Source: Eledone cirrhosa
Lineage: Eukaryota
Assembly (NCBI GenBank): GCA_964016885.1
Contig: OZ024742.1
Coordinates: 282,534,001 to 282,598,000, forward strand
Direction: 5' to 3'
Length of the DNA stretch: 64,000 bases
Below are positions 1 to 13,557 of the stretch, in pieces (positions within the stretch are counted from its first letter, which is position 1; every line of letters begins with the position of its first letter). The position numbers were made by a program, and so were the translations under genes. The notes beneath the pieces are model-generated. The model did no database searches. It worked only from the letters and a program-made list of their open reading frames with translations, and was not told the origin of the DNA.

Positions 1-1120
1 ACTTTTTGCCTCCGCCACTCGGGCCCAGCTGACAGCTTTCGCTCCTTCGTTTCCTAGAGCACGTGTTTTGCTTCTGACCACGCAGCCTTCGTGTTTCGCA
101 TCGAAGAACTGGTCCAGTGCCGTTCTCGACGCTAACACTCTAGCCGCGTTGCCACTTCTAAGTGCCTCCTCTACCTTGGCTACTAGTTCTCTTTCTATTC
201 TGTTTTTCTCTAAGGCTAACTCTCTGCTATACCCTATCGATTCTATTCTAATTGCTTTCTTGAGAGAGTACCACCATCTATTGTTGACGATGGCTCCCGT
301 TAACTGTTGCTTGACTAGTTTACTTATCCGTTCACTGTAAGCTTTACGTGCCGGCAACGACACGTTCAGCTTCCAGTATCCGGGACCCTGTCTATGTATT
401 CTATCACGGTTGACTAAGCAGACGACTAACTTGTGATCTGAATAGGCAACCATGTGCATTCGTGGACAGCTTAACATATCCTTGTCCCTTTCTCTAATGA
501 AGAACCTATCTAAATACGATCTAGATGTCCCACTGCGGTTTACCCACGTCCACTGTGGTGCAGTCGGGAAATCCAGTCGATACCTATCGGCCAGTTGGAA
601 TTGGCCGATTAAAGTTTTGAGGCTGTTGCACCCCGCTCTACTGGGACATGCTCCCACATAGTCCCATCGTGCATCTAGGATACCATTCCAGTCCCCCACT
701 AAAAGTAAGGAGCGAGACGTTCCCAGAAAAGACTCTAGACGCTTAAAGAAGTCTGGCCGTGATTGCGATTGCCCGGTCGGGGCATAAACGGCTACCAGTC
801 TGAAGGCTCCAACTCCAATACTGTCCACGTCTAGGACTACCAGTCTACCCTCCGGGTCCAAGTGTACTTGCTGTACTCCGACGTCCAGGTTCTTCCGAAA
901 CATAACAGCCACTCCACCTCCACCTCCTGGCTGACAGAGAGATGCGTAGATCTCAAAGTCGTCGAAGATGGGGGGTTAGTTGCTGCCTGTTGTGGATTCT
1001 GGACTCGGTGATGGCTATCACATCCATACTGTGTGACCTAAGGTCGTTTAAAAGTTGGCCCTGTTTCCAGGGCATCCCTAGGCCACGCACATTCACGGTT
1101 CCAACTCGTAAACCAGCCAT
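1..1120 (-). CDS. ORF2 N-terminal apurinic-type endonuclease domain (partial, continues beyond window)
   Basis: Motifs NVRGL, VAVYAP, GDWN, SRSYLDRF, YSDHKLV, GPGYWKLN read from the minus strand. Confidence 0.85.
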
Positions 1121-2118
1121 GTTGGTGAAGAAAAGTTGGAGAAAAAGGACGAAAGGTGCACTTACCTTTTCGTTTCCTGGAGATCGGGTTGTTCAATCTC
1201 CATTTGGGTGCTGGATGGGGTGTTGGGTGGGGTGGGGAAACCTTTCAACAGGACGCGGTTGATGGGTTTGTGGCAGGGGTTGCCCACGTCCTGTGAAAAT
1301 TTAATTTTCAGGTCTTTATAGGTTTCCATAGAAACCCTTATAAGTTTAAGGTGTGGAGACGATTCTGCCTTGACGAAAGTTTTGCCCTCCGTCTCCACCT
1401 TGGGGTTTTGGGAGATGACCTCCATCAAACTCTTGTTGTTTGTGTTGATGTATGTGTATTGTTGTTTGTGTTTTTGTTGCATTGTTTTAGTTTGTTGTTC
1501 ATCCGGGAGTTTTCTTTTTATGGTGGGTGCTTGTGTTTGGGGTGGTGTTGGTGCTGGTTTTGCTGATAGGGGGATGTTTGACTGTGGTGTTGTTTGTGTT
1601 GTTGTTTGTGTCTGTGGTTGTGTGTTGGTGTTGGTGATTGGAGTTTGGGAGGTTTTGTGGTGTCTCTTTTTTTGTTTTTTGGATTTACGCGGTTCTCCCT
1701 CTTCTTCACTTAAAGAAGGAGAAGCAGCTTCATCCGTCGATGAATAATGGTCTTTCATCTTCCTCACCAATAGACTCGGTGGTCAACCGGATCGGTCCCA
1801 CCCTTGACAGCAGTTGTTCGACATAGCCCCACAGATCGGCAATACCCGAGCAGTGTACCAATGCGTGTGCAACGGTTTCCTCGTCGCACACGCATCTGGG
1901 ACAGATCTTTTTCGATGGGTCCTTACCCGGGCGCCCGTGTCTGTAGAGCCTTTCTCGAACGGGCAGAGCCCTTCTGTAGCATTGCCAGGCCAGGGACCAC
2001 TGGAAGTTATCCATAGGTCCCGGGCTGAATGTCCTACCGAACAGGTTGGCCAGTTCGTCTTCCTCCATGCCTAGGGCTTCTCCGAGGGCGTCGTCGCACC
2101 TGCTAACCACCAGCCCTC
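1..2118 (-). mobile_element. Tx1/L1-like non-LTR retrotransposon, copy 1 (rearranged 5' end; runs off window start)
   Basis: ORF2 ATG at 1120 reads MAGLRVGTVNVRGLGMPWKQGQLLNDLRSH (APE endonuclease N-terminus). ORF1 C-terminus at 1162-1770 ends ..EQPDLQETKR as in copy 3. An ORF2 C-terminal piece lies at ~1771-2118. Abuts (GATA)n. Confidence 0.9.
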
Positions 2119-2205
<87 letters not shown>

Positions 2206-2206
2206 C

Positions 2207-2258
<52 letters not shown>
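2119..2258 (+). repeat. (GATA)n microsatellite between two Tx1-like elements
   Basis: About 35 near-perfect GATA units. Confidence 0.99.
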
Positions 2259-2472
2259 TTCTTTATTTACCATAAAGGCATAAAAAGAAGGGACAAATAC
2301 AAAGGGGGAGTTTACATATAATCGAGTAAAAAGGGTGTAACATGAAAATAATCGAAAATAACCTCAAAAGGGAGGGGACGTGATGGGGGTTGCACACACC
2401 CCCGAAAAAGTGTGCAATCCTTTGCCCGGGGAGCACATGGAGAAGGTGCTCCCCTCTCCTTTACTTCTTTAC

Positions 2473-5400
2473 CTACAGGATGGTATACAGAGAAGGCCCA
2501 TTTACACGAGCCATTCTCGCCACTATCACCCACCTTTCATAAAACTGCCTGTGGCCAAACACCTCTCTCTCCATTCTTATCCTTCTTCCGAAGTGATATC
2601 GGAAGAAGTAGACCAGACTATGGCCAGAGAGGAAGTTGCCTGACCTCAGACCTTTCAATCGTGTCCACCAAACAACCTCTTTCAACATGGCTATTACGCA
2701 CAGAAAAACCGCCTTTGCTTCCTTTGTGAAGAGGGGAGGCGGTTTGATTGTCATCACGGACTCGGCGGTCAATTTAATCGGCGCCACCCGCGACAGCAGT
2801 TGTTCGGCGTAGCCCCACAGATCAGCCACGCCCGGACATTGCACCAATGCGTGCGCTACGGTTTCTTCGTGACGCACGCATCTAGGGCAAATCTTTTTTG
2901 AGGGATCCCTGCCCGGGCGCCCGTGTCTGTAGAGCCTCTCTCGAACGGGTAGAGCCCCTCGGTAGCACTGCCAGGCCAGTGACTTCTGGAAGTTCTCCAT
3001 TGGTCCTGGGCCGAAAGTCCTACCGAACAGGCTGGCCAGTTCGTCTTCTTCCATGTCCAGCGACTCTCCAAGGGTGTCATCGCCCCTGCTAGCCACCAGC
3101 CCTCTATAGAATGATGAGGTGGATTCTCCACCGATGGCCCGGCCCGCTTGCCAGAGAGCCCTGAGCGCCTGAGCACACTCAGTGTGCCAGTCTCCCAGTT
3201 TTCCGGATCTTTGCTTGACCCAGGACTGTAGCTCGGTGAGTGAGACGAGTCTCGGAAAGGCTCGTTTCACGAACGGAGCCCACACCGGTTGACCAGTGAG
3301 GAATACCTGTAGGTGCCGTAGCCTTAATGCGTGCCTACGCATCATCAACCACGGCATCCCCAGCCCTCCTTTCGAAGGCAGCAGATGGATCTTCTCACCA
3401 TAGGAGGACGCTTCTTCCAAAGAAATTGGAAGAGCATGCGTTCCATGGTGGTGAGTGTTTCCTTAGGGCAAGGCACGACAGTCAGGCGGTAGTAAGTGAC
3501 GGACGCTATGTAAATGTTCGCCACCTCCGCTCGGCCTTTTAGGGACAGCTTACACTTGGCCCATTTCTGGGTTAGTGCAAACACCTTGTTCGTAACCTCG
3601 TTCCAGTTCTTTTCCACCTGGAGGTCCGGTCCAAACCAGACCCCAAGCAACTTTACCGGGCCCTCCGTCCAGTGTCCGACGACACCGTCAGGAGGCATCG
3701 GTTTGCCTCTCCACGTTCCGAGTTGCAGCCCGATGGATTTTTCCCGGTTCAGTTTCGCTCCTGACAACCTTTCGTACTCCTCCAGTAAGGTACCGATCGC
3801 CTCGATCTCCGAGTCGGTTGATACCATTACTGTTACGTCATCGGCGTAGGCCGACACCGCTTTGCTCAATCCTGGTTCCAGGGGGATACCCTGCAACAAC
3901 TCCAACTTCCTCAGTAAAGGCTCGAGAGTCAATACGTACAGAAGGGAGGAGAGAGGGCACCCCTGTCGAATGGATCGTGTGATTTCGAACGGCTTCGAAA
4001 GGTAGCCGTTCACCTTGATCCTAGAACAGATGTGGTTGCTATGTAGGGCAGTGATCCAGCCTCTGAAAACAGGACCGAACCCAGCCGCCGCTCGCACCGC
4101 ATCCAGGTAACCATGGTCGACCCTATCGAAGGCCTTAGACTGATCCAAGTTGATCAGGGCCCCACCGAAGCCGGGTTTGTTGCCAACCCTCTCTATGATG
4201 TATCGCATGAGGTGGAGGTTATCGTGAATGGACCTGGATGGGATAGCACATGTCTGCGCATCTCCCACCAGGCCACCCACGACAAGCGCCAACCTCTTTG
4301 CTAACACCTTGGCCAAAATCTTTAACTCTGTGTTTAGCAGGGTTATGGGCCGAAAATTATTTATACTATCCCCCTTGTTCTCGTCCTTCCTCACCAGCGT
4401 GACTACGCCCTTGGCTACAGAACAAGGAATTCTCCCGTTCTGCTGCCAATTGCAGTAGACCGCTTAGAGGAGTTCGGAGAAGAAGACCGGCATTGCTAAA
4501 TAAAGTTCGTAAGGTATACCATCGAGACCTGGAGATTTGCGTCTGCTGCATTGGCTCAGCGCATCTCCGATCTCATCAGCCGAGATTGGTCCCTCGCAGG
4601 ACTCTGCCTCTTTGTTCGAGAGACGCGGCAGGCCGTCGAGGTATGGACCGAAATCCACGCCCCGGCCCGGACCCTCGCCTCCCCCGAACAATCGGGCAAA
4701 GTGCTTTTGAAAGGCCTCGCACATCTGCTTAGGCTCCCGGATCACTCGTCCATCTTCGTCTTGCAACGACCGGATGGTGGATCGATTTCCACTTTTAGCT
4801 TCTGTCACGCGGGCCCATCCAACGGCTTTGGCCCCCTCATTACCTAGAGCACGTATTTTACTTCGAATGACGCAGCCTTCATGCTTTGCATCGAAAAACT
4901 GGTTCAAGGCCGTCCTCGATGCCAGCACTCTGGCCACATCTTCGCTCTTGATTGCCTCTTCTAATTTACCTGTTAATTCTTTCTCGTTTCTATTCCTATT
5001 GGCAGCTAACATCTTGCTATAACTTATTGATTCTGTTCTAATCTCTCTTTTGAGAGATGCCCACCATCGGTTGTTGACGATTGCACCCGTCAACCTCTCC
5101 TTAACTAATCTGCTAATCCGGTTTCAGTAAGTCTCTTTTGCCGGTAAAGACAAATTAAGTTTCCAGTAACCGGGACCCTGTCTATGTGTTTTCTCGAGAT
5201 TGACCACGCAGGTCACTAATTTGTGATCCGTGTAGCCAACCGTGCGCATTTCTGGACAGCTTAATATGTCCCTATCCTTACTTCTAACTAAGAATCTATC
5301 TAAGTACGATCTAGATTGACCACTGTGGTTTCTCCAAGTCCAGGTAGGCACAGTTGGAAAATCTAGTCGATATCTATCGACCAAGTTAAAACGGTCGAGT

Positions 5401-5905
5401 AACCCCTTGAGGCTGTTACACCCCCCCCTCTATTAGGACATGCTCCTGCATAGTCCCAACGTGCATCCAGGATGTCATTCCAATCCCCCGCTCGAAGCAG
5501 GGAACGCGACGTTCCCAGAAAAGTCTCCAAACGCTGGAAGAAGTCGGGCCGTTCAGCTCCGAAAGGGGAGTAGACGGCGACCAGTCTCAAGGCCGCACTT
5601 TCACTACTGCCAACGTCTAGCACCAACAAACGACCCTCCGGGTCCGAGTGCACAACCTGTACGGCAAGACCCAGGTGTTTTTGCAGCAGCACGACAACCC
5701 CACCCCCACCTCCAGGTTGACAGAGAGATGCATGCACCTCAAAGTCATCGAAGGTGGGGGCCAGCTGCCGCATGACGCTGATTCGAGTCTCACAGATAAC
5801 CATTACATTTATACTACATGACCTGAGGTCATTTAGAAGCTTTGCTTGCTTCCAAGTTGAGCCCAGGCCACGTGCATTCAAACATCCTACTCTTAACACA
5901 TCCAT
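2473..5905 (-). pseudogene. Tx1-like ORF2 (endonuclease + reverse transcriptase), frameshifted
   Basis: ORF pieces 5363-5905, 5124-5384, 4464-5093, 3345-4394, 2473-3420. Motifs KSPGLDG, FRPITLLN, LDQSKAFDRVDH, RQGCPLS, AYADD, CPRC..EETVAHALVQC. Confidence 0.93.
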
Positions 5906-5938
5906 GTGGGCGGCAGAGCCAAAGGAGAGTGTAGAGAC

Positions 5939-7834
5939 CTACCTTTCCGCTTCCCGGGGTTCGCGTTGCACGACTTCCATGGGGTCGGGGGTGTTGGGTG
6001 AAGGGGTGTCTTGTGGTGGTGTGGGGTCGTCAGTGTGTGGTGGGGTTGGGGTGTTTGGAGTTGTGTTGGGGAGGGGAGGGGGAAAGCTTTTTAGTAGGAC
6101 GCGGTTTATGGGTTTGACAGAGGGTGGTCCTACGTCCTCCTTAAAATCCTTTTTTAGTTTTTGGTAGAGGTTCATTGGGATTTTTATTAGTTTTAAATGT
6201 GGGTGGTTTTCTGACGAAACAAAGTTTACACCTTCGGTTTGTACCGAAGGATTATTGTATATGAGTTCATTTAATTTATTATTGTTTCTGTTGATGTAAG
6301 TATAGTGTAATGTCTTTTTTCCGATGGTGTGAGTGTTTCGAAGAGGGGAGGGGCAGGTTTGGTTTTGTTTGTTGCTGGAGGGGTGTTTTCTGTTTTGTTA
6401 GATTGTGTTGCGATTTGGGTGGGGGTTGTTTGTCCTTGTGTGTTTTGCACATGTTTTCTTTTTTTCCTTTTAATCTGTCTGAAGGACTCCGTTTCTTCCT
6501 CCGAATTCGTTGGGTTATCTTCAGTGTTGGAGGGAAGAGGTATGTTTGCTGGTAATGTTTCCGTGTTGGTTTTCTTTGTGGGGGAGATGGATGTCACTAT
6601 GTTAGACTGTGTTGTGTGTTGTGTCTGCGGTGGTTGTGTTGTTTTATTGAGTGAGAGGTTGGGTGGGCCTGTATTTTGTTTTGGGGTAATGTGTTGTGAC
6701 TGTTTGTGTTGTGGTGGTGTTGTGGTGTTACTGAGGGACGGGTTGGGTGGGACTGAGTTTTGTTGTTTGTTTATCTGTTGTGGTGGTGGTGGTGGAGCTG
6801 GTGTTGGTAGCAGGGTTTTCTTTTTGTTGAGTTGGGGACAAGCGGCCTTCAGGTGCCCTCTGCCTGCACAGATATGGCAGGACGGCCTTCTCCCCTCCAC
6901 GCTAATGTTTATATACCCGTGGTCCTCCAATAGGATTCTGTCGGGTATTTGGGCGATGCGTTCAGGCTTCATTTGTACTACCAGCTCTATACCTGTTCCA
7001 CTGAACGCATTGCCTGTGGTTTTCCCAATGGAAATCACGTTGTCATTCACTGGATCGATGAAGCCAGCTATGAGCCAGCAGTAGTCCACATCTGGCATCA
7101 TTGCATCCAGCCATATGCGTTGAGTTTTTTTTCCCATATAAGATGGATAAAAGGTGAAATTTTTCGAACGAATCGGTGACAAAGCACATTTTTTTGCCGC
7201 CGATTCGTTCTTCATGATAATTGCTAGGCTTCCATACAGTCTGTCTTTTCTTATGAAAGTTGTTTCATTCAGTACTTCTGTGAGTACTGTTTTGATATCT
7301 GCTTGAGAAGGCTGTTCAGGTTTTTTTGTACTGTTGTTGATGGTCCGAAACTTGACCGTTCGGCTTTCAATGTCTTTCTTGAATTCTTGAGGCATTTTTA
7401 CCAATAAAATACCATTCTCACCTTCACTTATGTATTGTTTTGCGTCCGTGATCCTTCGTACCACATCTGAAATGTTTTCCGCTATATAAGTCAAAGATTT
7501 CTTTGTTTTCTGTGCAAATGAAATCTTGTCGTCTGCTTTGTTTTCTGATATGATGTTATTTTCAACTGTTATTTTTTTTGTTTGTTGTGTCTTTGTTTGT
7601 GTTATTAGTATTGTCATGCAATTTTTCAAATTTTTTTTTTTCGTTGTTGGAATCCAAGTCCAGATTTATGTTTTCGTCATTTAATTTTTTCTCCGCAGAT
7701 TCGTCCGTTTTTATTTTAATTTTTCCTTCCTTCTCTATGACGTTAGTTGGGAAGGAAGGAAGGACTAAAGCGTGCGAGCTTACAACTCTTACCGCTGTCC
7801 CCCCACCACTATTTTCGTTCGCTGCGTTTAACAT
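5939..7834 (-). pseudogene. Tx1-like ORF1 (gag-like, zinc knuckle), frameshifted
   Basis: CHICAGRGHLKAAC (CX2CX4HX4C) followed by a Pro/Thr/Gln-rich linker. Pieces 7562-7834, 6271-7629, 5939-6175. Confidence 0.88.
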
Positions 7835-8065
7835 TTCTGTTAGACGATTGAAATTTTTTACACAAAATTTTTTAAAACAGGTTTTTCACCTCTAGGAGGG
7901 GTAAAGATGAGCTGACCCACCGCCTGACAGTTCAGACGGAGGGTCAAGCTACACAATTGTATCAAAATTAAGTTTGAACTCACAAAATTTCCTCAATAAA
8001 TTTGAACAAAACTTCTGTGCGAAGTGAATGACATCCACACTGTAGAGCAGACGACAGCTAGATCA

Positions 8066-8105
<40 letters not shown>

Positions 8106-8230
8106 ACAGGTAGGTAGATAAACGGACAGACAGATAGATATAAACGAAAGAAAAGACCATTGGACGCCTTTTGTAGAGATTATATTGATATATATCTAAA
8201 ACATCTCTTAACTTTCACATTCGGTTGATG

Positions 8231-8388
8231 CAGTGCTCGATTTACCATTGTGCTTAGATGTGCTTAAGCATAAAGCCACGTTGGCCGGCGGGAGGCGGAC
8301 ATCTTCCTGCGAAAAAAAATATTTTACCTCCTTCAGGGCCGAATAACTTAACTAGCACAGGGCCTCATTTGTCCTAAATCCGGCACTG
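8231..8388. mobile_element. hAT-type MITE (158 bp)
   Basis: Imperfect TIRs CAGTGCTCGATTTA / TAAATCCGGCACTG and a perfect 8-bp TSD GGTTGATG (8223-8230, 8389-8396). Confidence 0.85.
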
Positions 8389-9100
8389 GGTTGATGTTAA
8401 CTTTGCCTTTCATCCTTTCTGCGTCGTTAAATAATGTATTAGTCAGGCAACACTCGTGTTGATTTAATCGTTTAAGCAGTTTTCCATCCACCCTCCAACT
8501 TCTGGAGCTGTGCCTTTGGCAGCATACAGATATGGCCCTTTACGTTCTGAGTTCAAATCGCGTCGAGATTAGCTTTACCTTTCATCCTTACTGGGTCGAT
8601 AAAATAAAGCACCAGTAATGTATTGGGGTCGATTTAATCGACTTTCACCTCCCCTTCAATATGCGGGCCTTGTGCCTAAAGTAGAAACAATTATATTTCT
8701 TAGTTCAACAAGGATCGGGCAGAAGAAAAAGCAGCGTACCAGACAAAATGTATTGTGGTATGTTCGTGTGCGGCCTAATGGTTGAGCTGTTGGGCTAATT
8801 ATTATAACGTCACGGTTTCGATTCCCAGATCGAGCGGCGCATAGTGTCTTTAAGCAAGACAATTTCTGTTGTTCTAGTTCACTAAAAGTAAAATTGTTTT
8901 GGAGTCGAGTTAAGCTGCGGTGGGGTGGAGTAATAATCTCCGGCCTGGTGAGTTTCTGAGCTTGAGAGAGACTATAACGTAACTAATTTAACGCTCTGAG
9001 TTTCAAATTCTGCTGGTAGAGTGAGGTTTTCCTTTCATCCCTTCTAAGGGTGATAAATAAACTAAGTACCAGTAGATCACTGAAGTGAATCCTATCAACC
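8389..9100 (+). mobile_element. Cluster of tRNA-derived SINE copies/fragments
   Basis: Recurrent B-box-like GAGTTCAAAT and central domain ctttgcctttcatcct..gggtcgataaaataaagtaccagt (~8397, ~8549, ~9020). A second SINE type at ~8770-8885 (ggtttcgattccc..gtgtctttaagcaagac). Confidence 0.7.
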
Positions 9101-9701
9101 ACACTACAAAACACATTGTTATTTCATTAGTTATCTATTTTATTTGTCTGTTTCTTCACTTTCTTTATTGTGTTTCCTGTTTTCCTGCATATTTCCTCTT
9201 TTTTACTATATATCACGTCCATTTTGTTTTGCTGTTTGGTTTTTTGGTTTGTGATTTCTATTTATATTACAAAACAAAGGAAGAAATTTATGCAATAATG
9301 TATTAGAGGTTAAAAACGGAAATACTATTAGGCTATTGTTAATAGACAAAACAACTACTACAAACAACTCAAGTGTGACGAGCTGTGTATATGTGTATAT
9401 GTGTGAGTTTATGTTCGTGTGTTTGCATATGTGAATGTTTGAAAATCTCTTTTACTCTGTCTCTTCTTGTCTCCCTTTATCTCTATACTACTTTACATAC
9501 ATGCATACATATATAAACATACATACAAACAAACATACATACATACATACATACATACATACATACATACATACATACATACATACATACATACATACAT
9601 AGACGTATACATGCATACAAAAATATGTATATACTTATTATGTGTGTAAACATATATTGGTATATTGATCGCTCGTCTTTCTCTATCCCCTGTCTCTTTT
9701 T

Positions 9702-9742
<41 letters not shown>

Positions 9743-9811
9743 TACAAACGTATATAAATACACATACATATATGTATTTATTTATATATATACATACATA
9801 TATATATACTG

Positions 9812-9882
<71 letters not shown>

Positions 9883-9949
9883 TATGAGCGTGAAGCTAAT
9901 AAACATTTGTCGTACTGCCTCTCTGTTCTGTCCCTGTTCAATTTTTTAT

Positions 9950-10105
<156 letters not shown>

Positions 10106-10904
10106 CGCATAATGTGATCACTTACCACGCTAGAGATAGCAGCCGAATCATTCTTGAACCGGACTTTACTGTCTAATGAAAGAGCATGCTGGTTAATGTT
10201 GTCCAGGATACACAATTCCAGAAGAGTAGACGGCATTGTAATAACTGGAAATTTCTTTGATCATAAGCTTTTCTAAGACGGCAATTATCAGGTTCCTTAG
10301 GGTATCGGATGAAATGCGTGTCTATTTGTTCTGGCTCGCTGCACTTTGAGCTCAGATCCTACCGAAGTCAGCTTTGCATTTTATCAGACCTTTCAACTCC
10401 CATTGTTGGACAGGTAGATCTCCCACTCACTTTGGGGTGGGCGAGAGATGTCTTTTCTTGTGAAAATGCGTTTAGCTTTCATTATGTAAAATCTCCCTAT
10501 TTTACATTATTTCTCGCCGTTTTAGGGGCACTTTTTTTCATGGTACTCTCCATTGAGGTTTTTAGAGGTTCGCAGGTCTGATTTTATCCTTGCGAGCACG
10601 ATAAATATATATACTACTAGTCAAGTACTAGGGTTCATTCTTCCTCAATATTTCTTTATACCCTTTTCACTTCTCTCTTTTTTTCCGGAAGAAATCAGTT
10701 ATGTATAAATCTGAAGAAGGAAGGGCTCCGCTAGCTGTTAAGTAGCGAAGAACACACAGTGTGTCAGGAAGGCGTCTCTAAGACTCAATCGGGAGTTAGG
10801 GGCTCTTTCCTCTCCTTTCCATAGATCTGTCTACCCTATCGGATCTTATCTAGAGCCAACAACAAAAACACTATGTGTGAGTATCATCATTACACACACA
10901 CACA

Positions 10905-11320
10905 CCAGTCAGTTCCGGAGGACTTTGGAGCTAGGAACTATGGCTAACTTTCAGAAAAACCTAGCTGGCCTGTGCTACAGTGGGGCACTGCCGATTCGGG
11001 ATAAACTCTACAGGCACGGAAGTGCTGTCAGATGGACCTGCCTTAGATGCGTATTGTGTGACGAAAGAGTTCTGCATGCACGTGTCCAGTGTTCGTGCAT
11101 TACTGACTTGTGGACTTATTTCGAAAAGCTGTTGTCGTGTGTGAGATGGTTCCGGCTATCGACCGAGTCCAGAGTGAAGATGTCCCCGCTGCCTTCTTTT
11201 GGCTGGGAAGAGCAGGGAGTTTTCCTCTGTCTGGTGCGTGTAGTGGAACAGGTTGTGTGGTGGACCAGATTTAAAAGTCTGTAGACAGCCACTTTTCTCT
11301 TCGGTCAATCCCTCATCAAC
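10905..11320 (+). mobile_element. Degraded Tx1-like ORF2 C-terminal fragment
   Basis: CYSGALPIRDKLYRHG..CLRC..VVWWTRFKSL aligns by eye with copy 2 ORF2 C-terminus. Starts after a short (CA)n. Confidence 0.85.
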
Positions 11321-11558
11321 CCTAACCCTAACCCTAACCCTGACCCTGATCCTGACCCTGACCCTAACTCTAATCCTAATCCTAATCCCTGATGAACCCT
11401 AACCCTAGCCCTAACCCTAACCCTAAACATAACCCTAACCCTAATCCTAATCCCTCATCAACCCTAACCCTAACCTAACCCTAACCCTAAACCTAACCCT
11501 AAACCTAACCCTAAACCTAACCCTAAACCTAACCCTAACCCTAACCCTGACCCTAACC
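11318..11558 (-). repeat. Interstitial telomeric repeat (TTAGGG)n with variants
   Basis: (CCCTAA)n with CCCTGA/TCCTAA/ACCTAA variants. Confidence 0.95.
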
Positions 11559-11786
11559 AGTCGGTGATGAACATAATAGATTTACGGAAGCAAACCGTAC
11601 TAGTGATAGCATAGATATTTGGGTGCCTGTGTATTATTAATTTCCTGTTTTTATTTTTATTTCTGCTGTACCCCAGTAAGGATTACTTAACTAAATATAT
11701 TATAATCATACCATCTGATGACGTCGCCGATCATTTTGCTTCTTGGTCTGATGTCATAAATTGATCTGCTACAGAAATACGTATTA

Positions 11787-12140
11787 TCTATACTATAAAG
11801 CTGACGGCCGTATGTAAGTATCAAACTTTCCGCCAAATTTGCACCATAGATGTAACTTTTTCCAAGTAAGAAAGTGAGGGTATTTTTGTCTACTGAATTT
11901 TGTTAAAAGATTAAAGACATTATATAAATATTCACTTCTTTAAAATTTTCAAATGTCAACATTTCCGGGTATACGACATTCCTAACGTCTTCACGAACCA
12001 AAGTATCATCTTCCTGTTTTCTTTCGGTTGCAACGTTTTTCGAAATATTTACTTCTGCGTTCACAGATTGATTGTTTTAGTTTTAGAAGATCCCGTTAAA
12101 GGTGAAAGCAGCGATTCTTTGCTTAAACTTTAATCTGTTA

Positions 12141-12199
<59 letters not shown>

Positions 12200-12390
12200 A
12201 AAAAGTATGACCCCGACGGCAGAGCTCAAGCCGTTTCGACGGCTATTTCTGGAGTCCAGAAATAGCCGTTGAAACGGCTTGAGCTCTGCCGTCGGGGTCA
12301 TACTTTTTCCTTTTTCCCACTCTACTACCCTAAGTATTGAGTACTCTGGTGCGTTATGGTCCTTCTGGTTCCTTACCACAATTCCTTTGG

Positions 12391-12422
<32 letters not shown>

Positions 12423-13506
12423 TATATTCGTGTACAGATATTTTTGCATACACAAAAACAAAATATAAACAAACGTATTTATTTCACGAAAGCACAGACG
12501 GCTTATCCTCATTGTTACTGCCGATATGCCACCCAAAAAGTCCTAGCCTGGCCGCAAGATCAGATTTTCCAGAAGAAAAAAATGTTACTAGAGCAACAGA
12601 GAGACTAAGCTTCGCGATTACCATCAACAAAGCTCAGGGTCAAACCCTAAAAGTGGCTGGCCTTCATCTGGGAAAACCATGGTCAATTGTATGTAGGATG
12701 CTCTAGGGTGAGCTCGCCAAAAAATCTCTTCATCTTTGCTCCCGAGAGCCGAACAAAAAATATTGTGTACTCTGAGGCTCTAACAATGTAATTTATGTAT
12801 TTTCTGTTACTTGGAATTTCCATTATGGTTGTACAAATTATTGTAAAGTTTGTTAAACCTTTATTGTTGTAACTAGCAATTTACTTTAACGTACTGGCTG
12901 AGAAAAGAAACCTACAATGAAAGAACATCTTAAAGTTTACCCAAGCCAAATGTTGTATTTATTAACATTTCTATCTTAGCAAGCTTACTGGCGCTTTAGT
13001 ATGGCATTCAATTCTCATATCGTTTTTGATTGATATGGTGCATATATCGCAGCTAATCATATGTTTTAAACATTAGATTGCTGATGTATATTGTACGACA
13101 GAATTAGCTGAAAAATATCTTGAATGAACAAATAAAAGAGATATAAAAGAGAGATGTTTGTCGGTTGGTTCCTTCGCGTGTCACACGAAAAAAACGAAAA
13201 GTGACAATCGGAAAGTATGTACAGGATTGGGATAAGAGTATATCCAGGAAATGTTATTGATTCTAATTTTATAACACCAAAGAAGAAGAAAGACATACCA
13301 CGTATGCTAACCAACCTGACTTCTATTTCTAGCAGGTTGGGAATCAACCATAAGGGATTCTCTCTCGAGTTCGTTGTCAGTGATGATCGTGTTTCGCGGC
13401 CTATGTCTCCGATTCCAACGGTGGTTTACACACACACACACACACACATACACACACACACGAACACTCACACAGGCACACACACGAACACTCACACAAG
13501 CACACG

Positions 13507-13557
<51 letters not shown>

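Larger units (their letters stand above)
2259..8058 (-). mobile_element. Tx1/L1-like non-LTR retrotransposon, copy 2, apparently full length (~5.8 kb)
   Basis: 5'UTR + ORF1 (CCHC knuckle) + ORF2 (APE, RT, Cys motif) + 3'UTR ending AATAAAGAA then (ATCT)n. (GATA)n on both sides (2119-2258, 8059-8104). Confidence 0.95.

Noticed and set aside
8770-8835. tRNA gene
   Set aside because: A/B-box-like only, no cloverleaf; it is a SINE head
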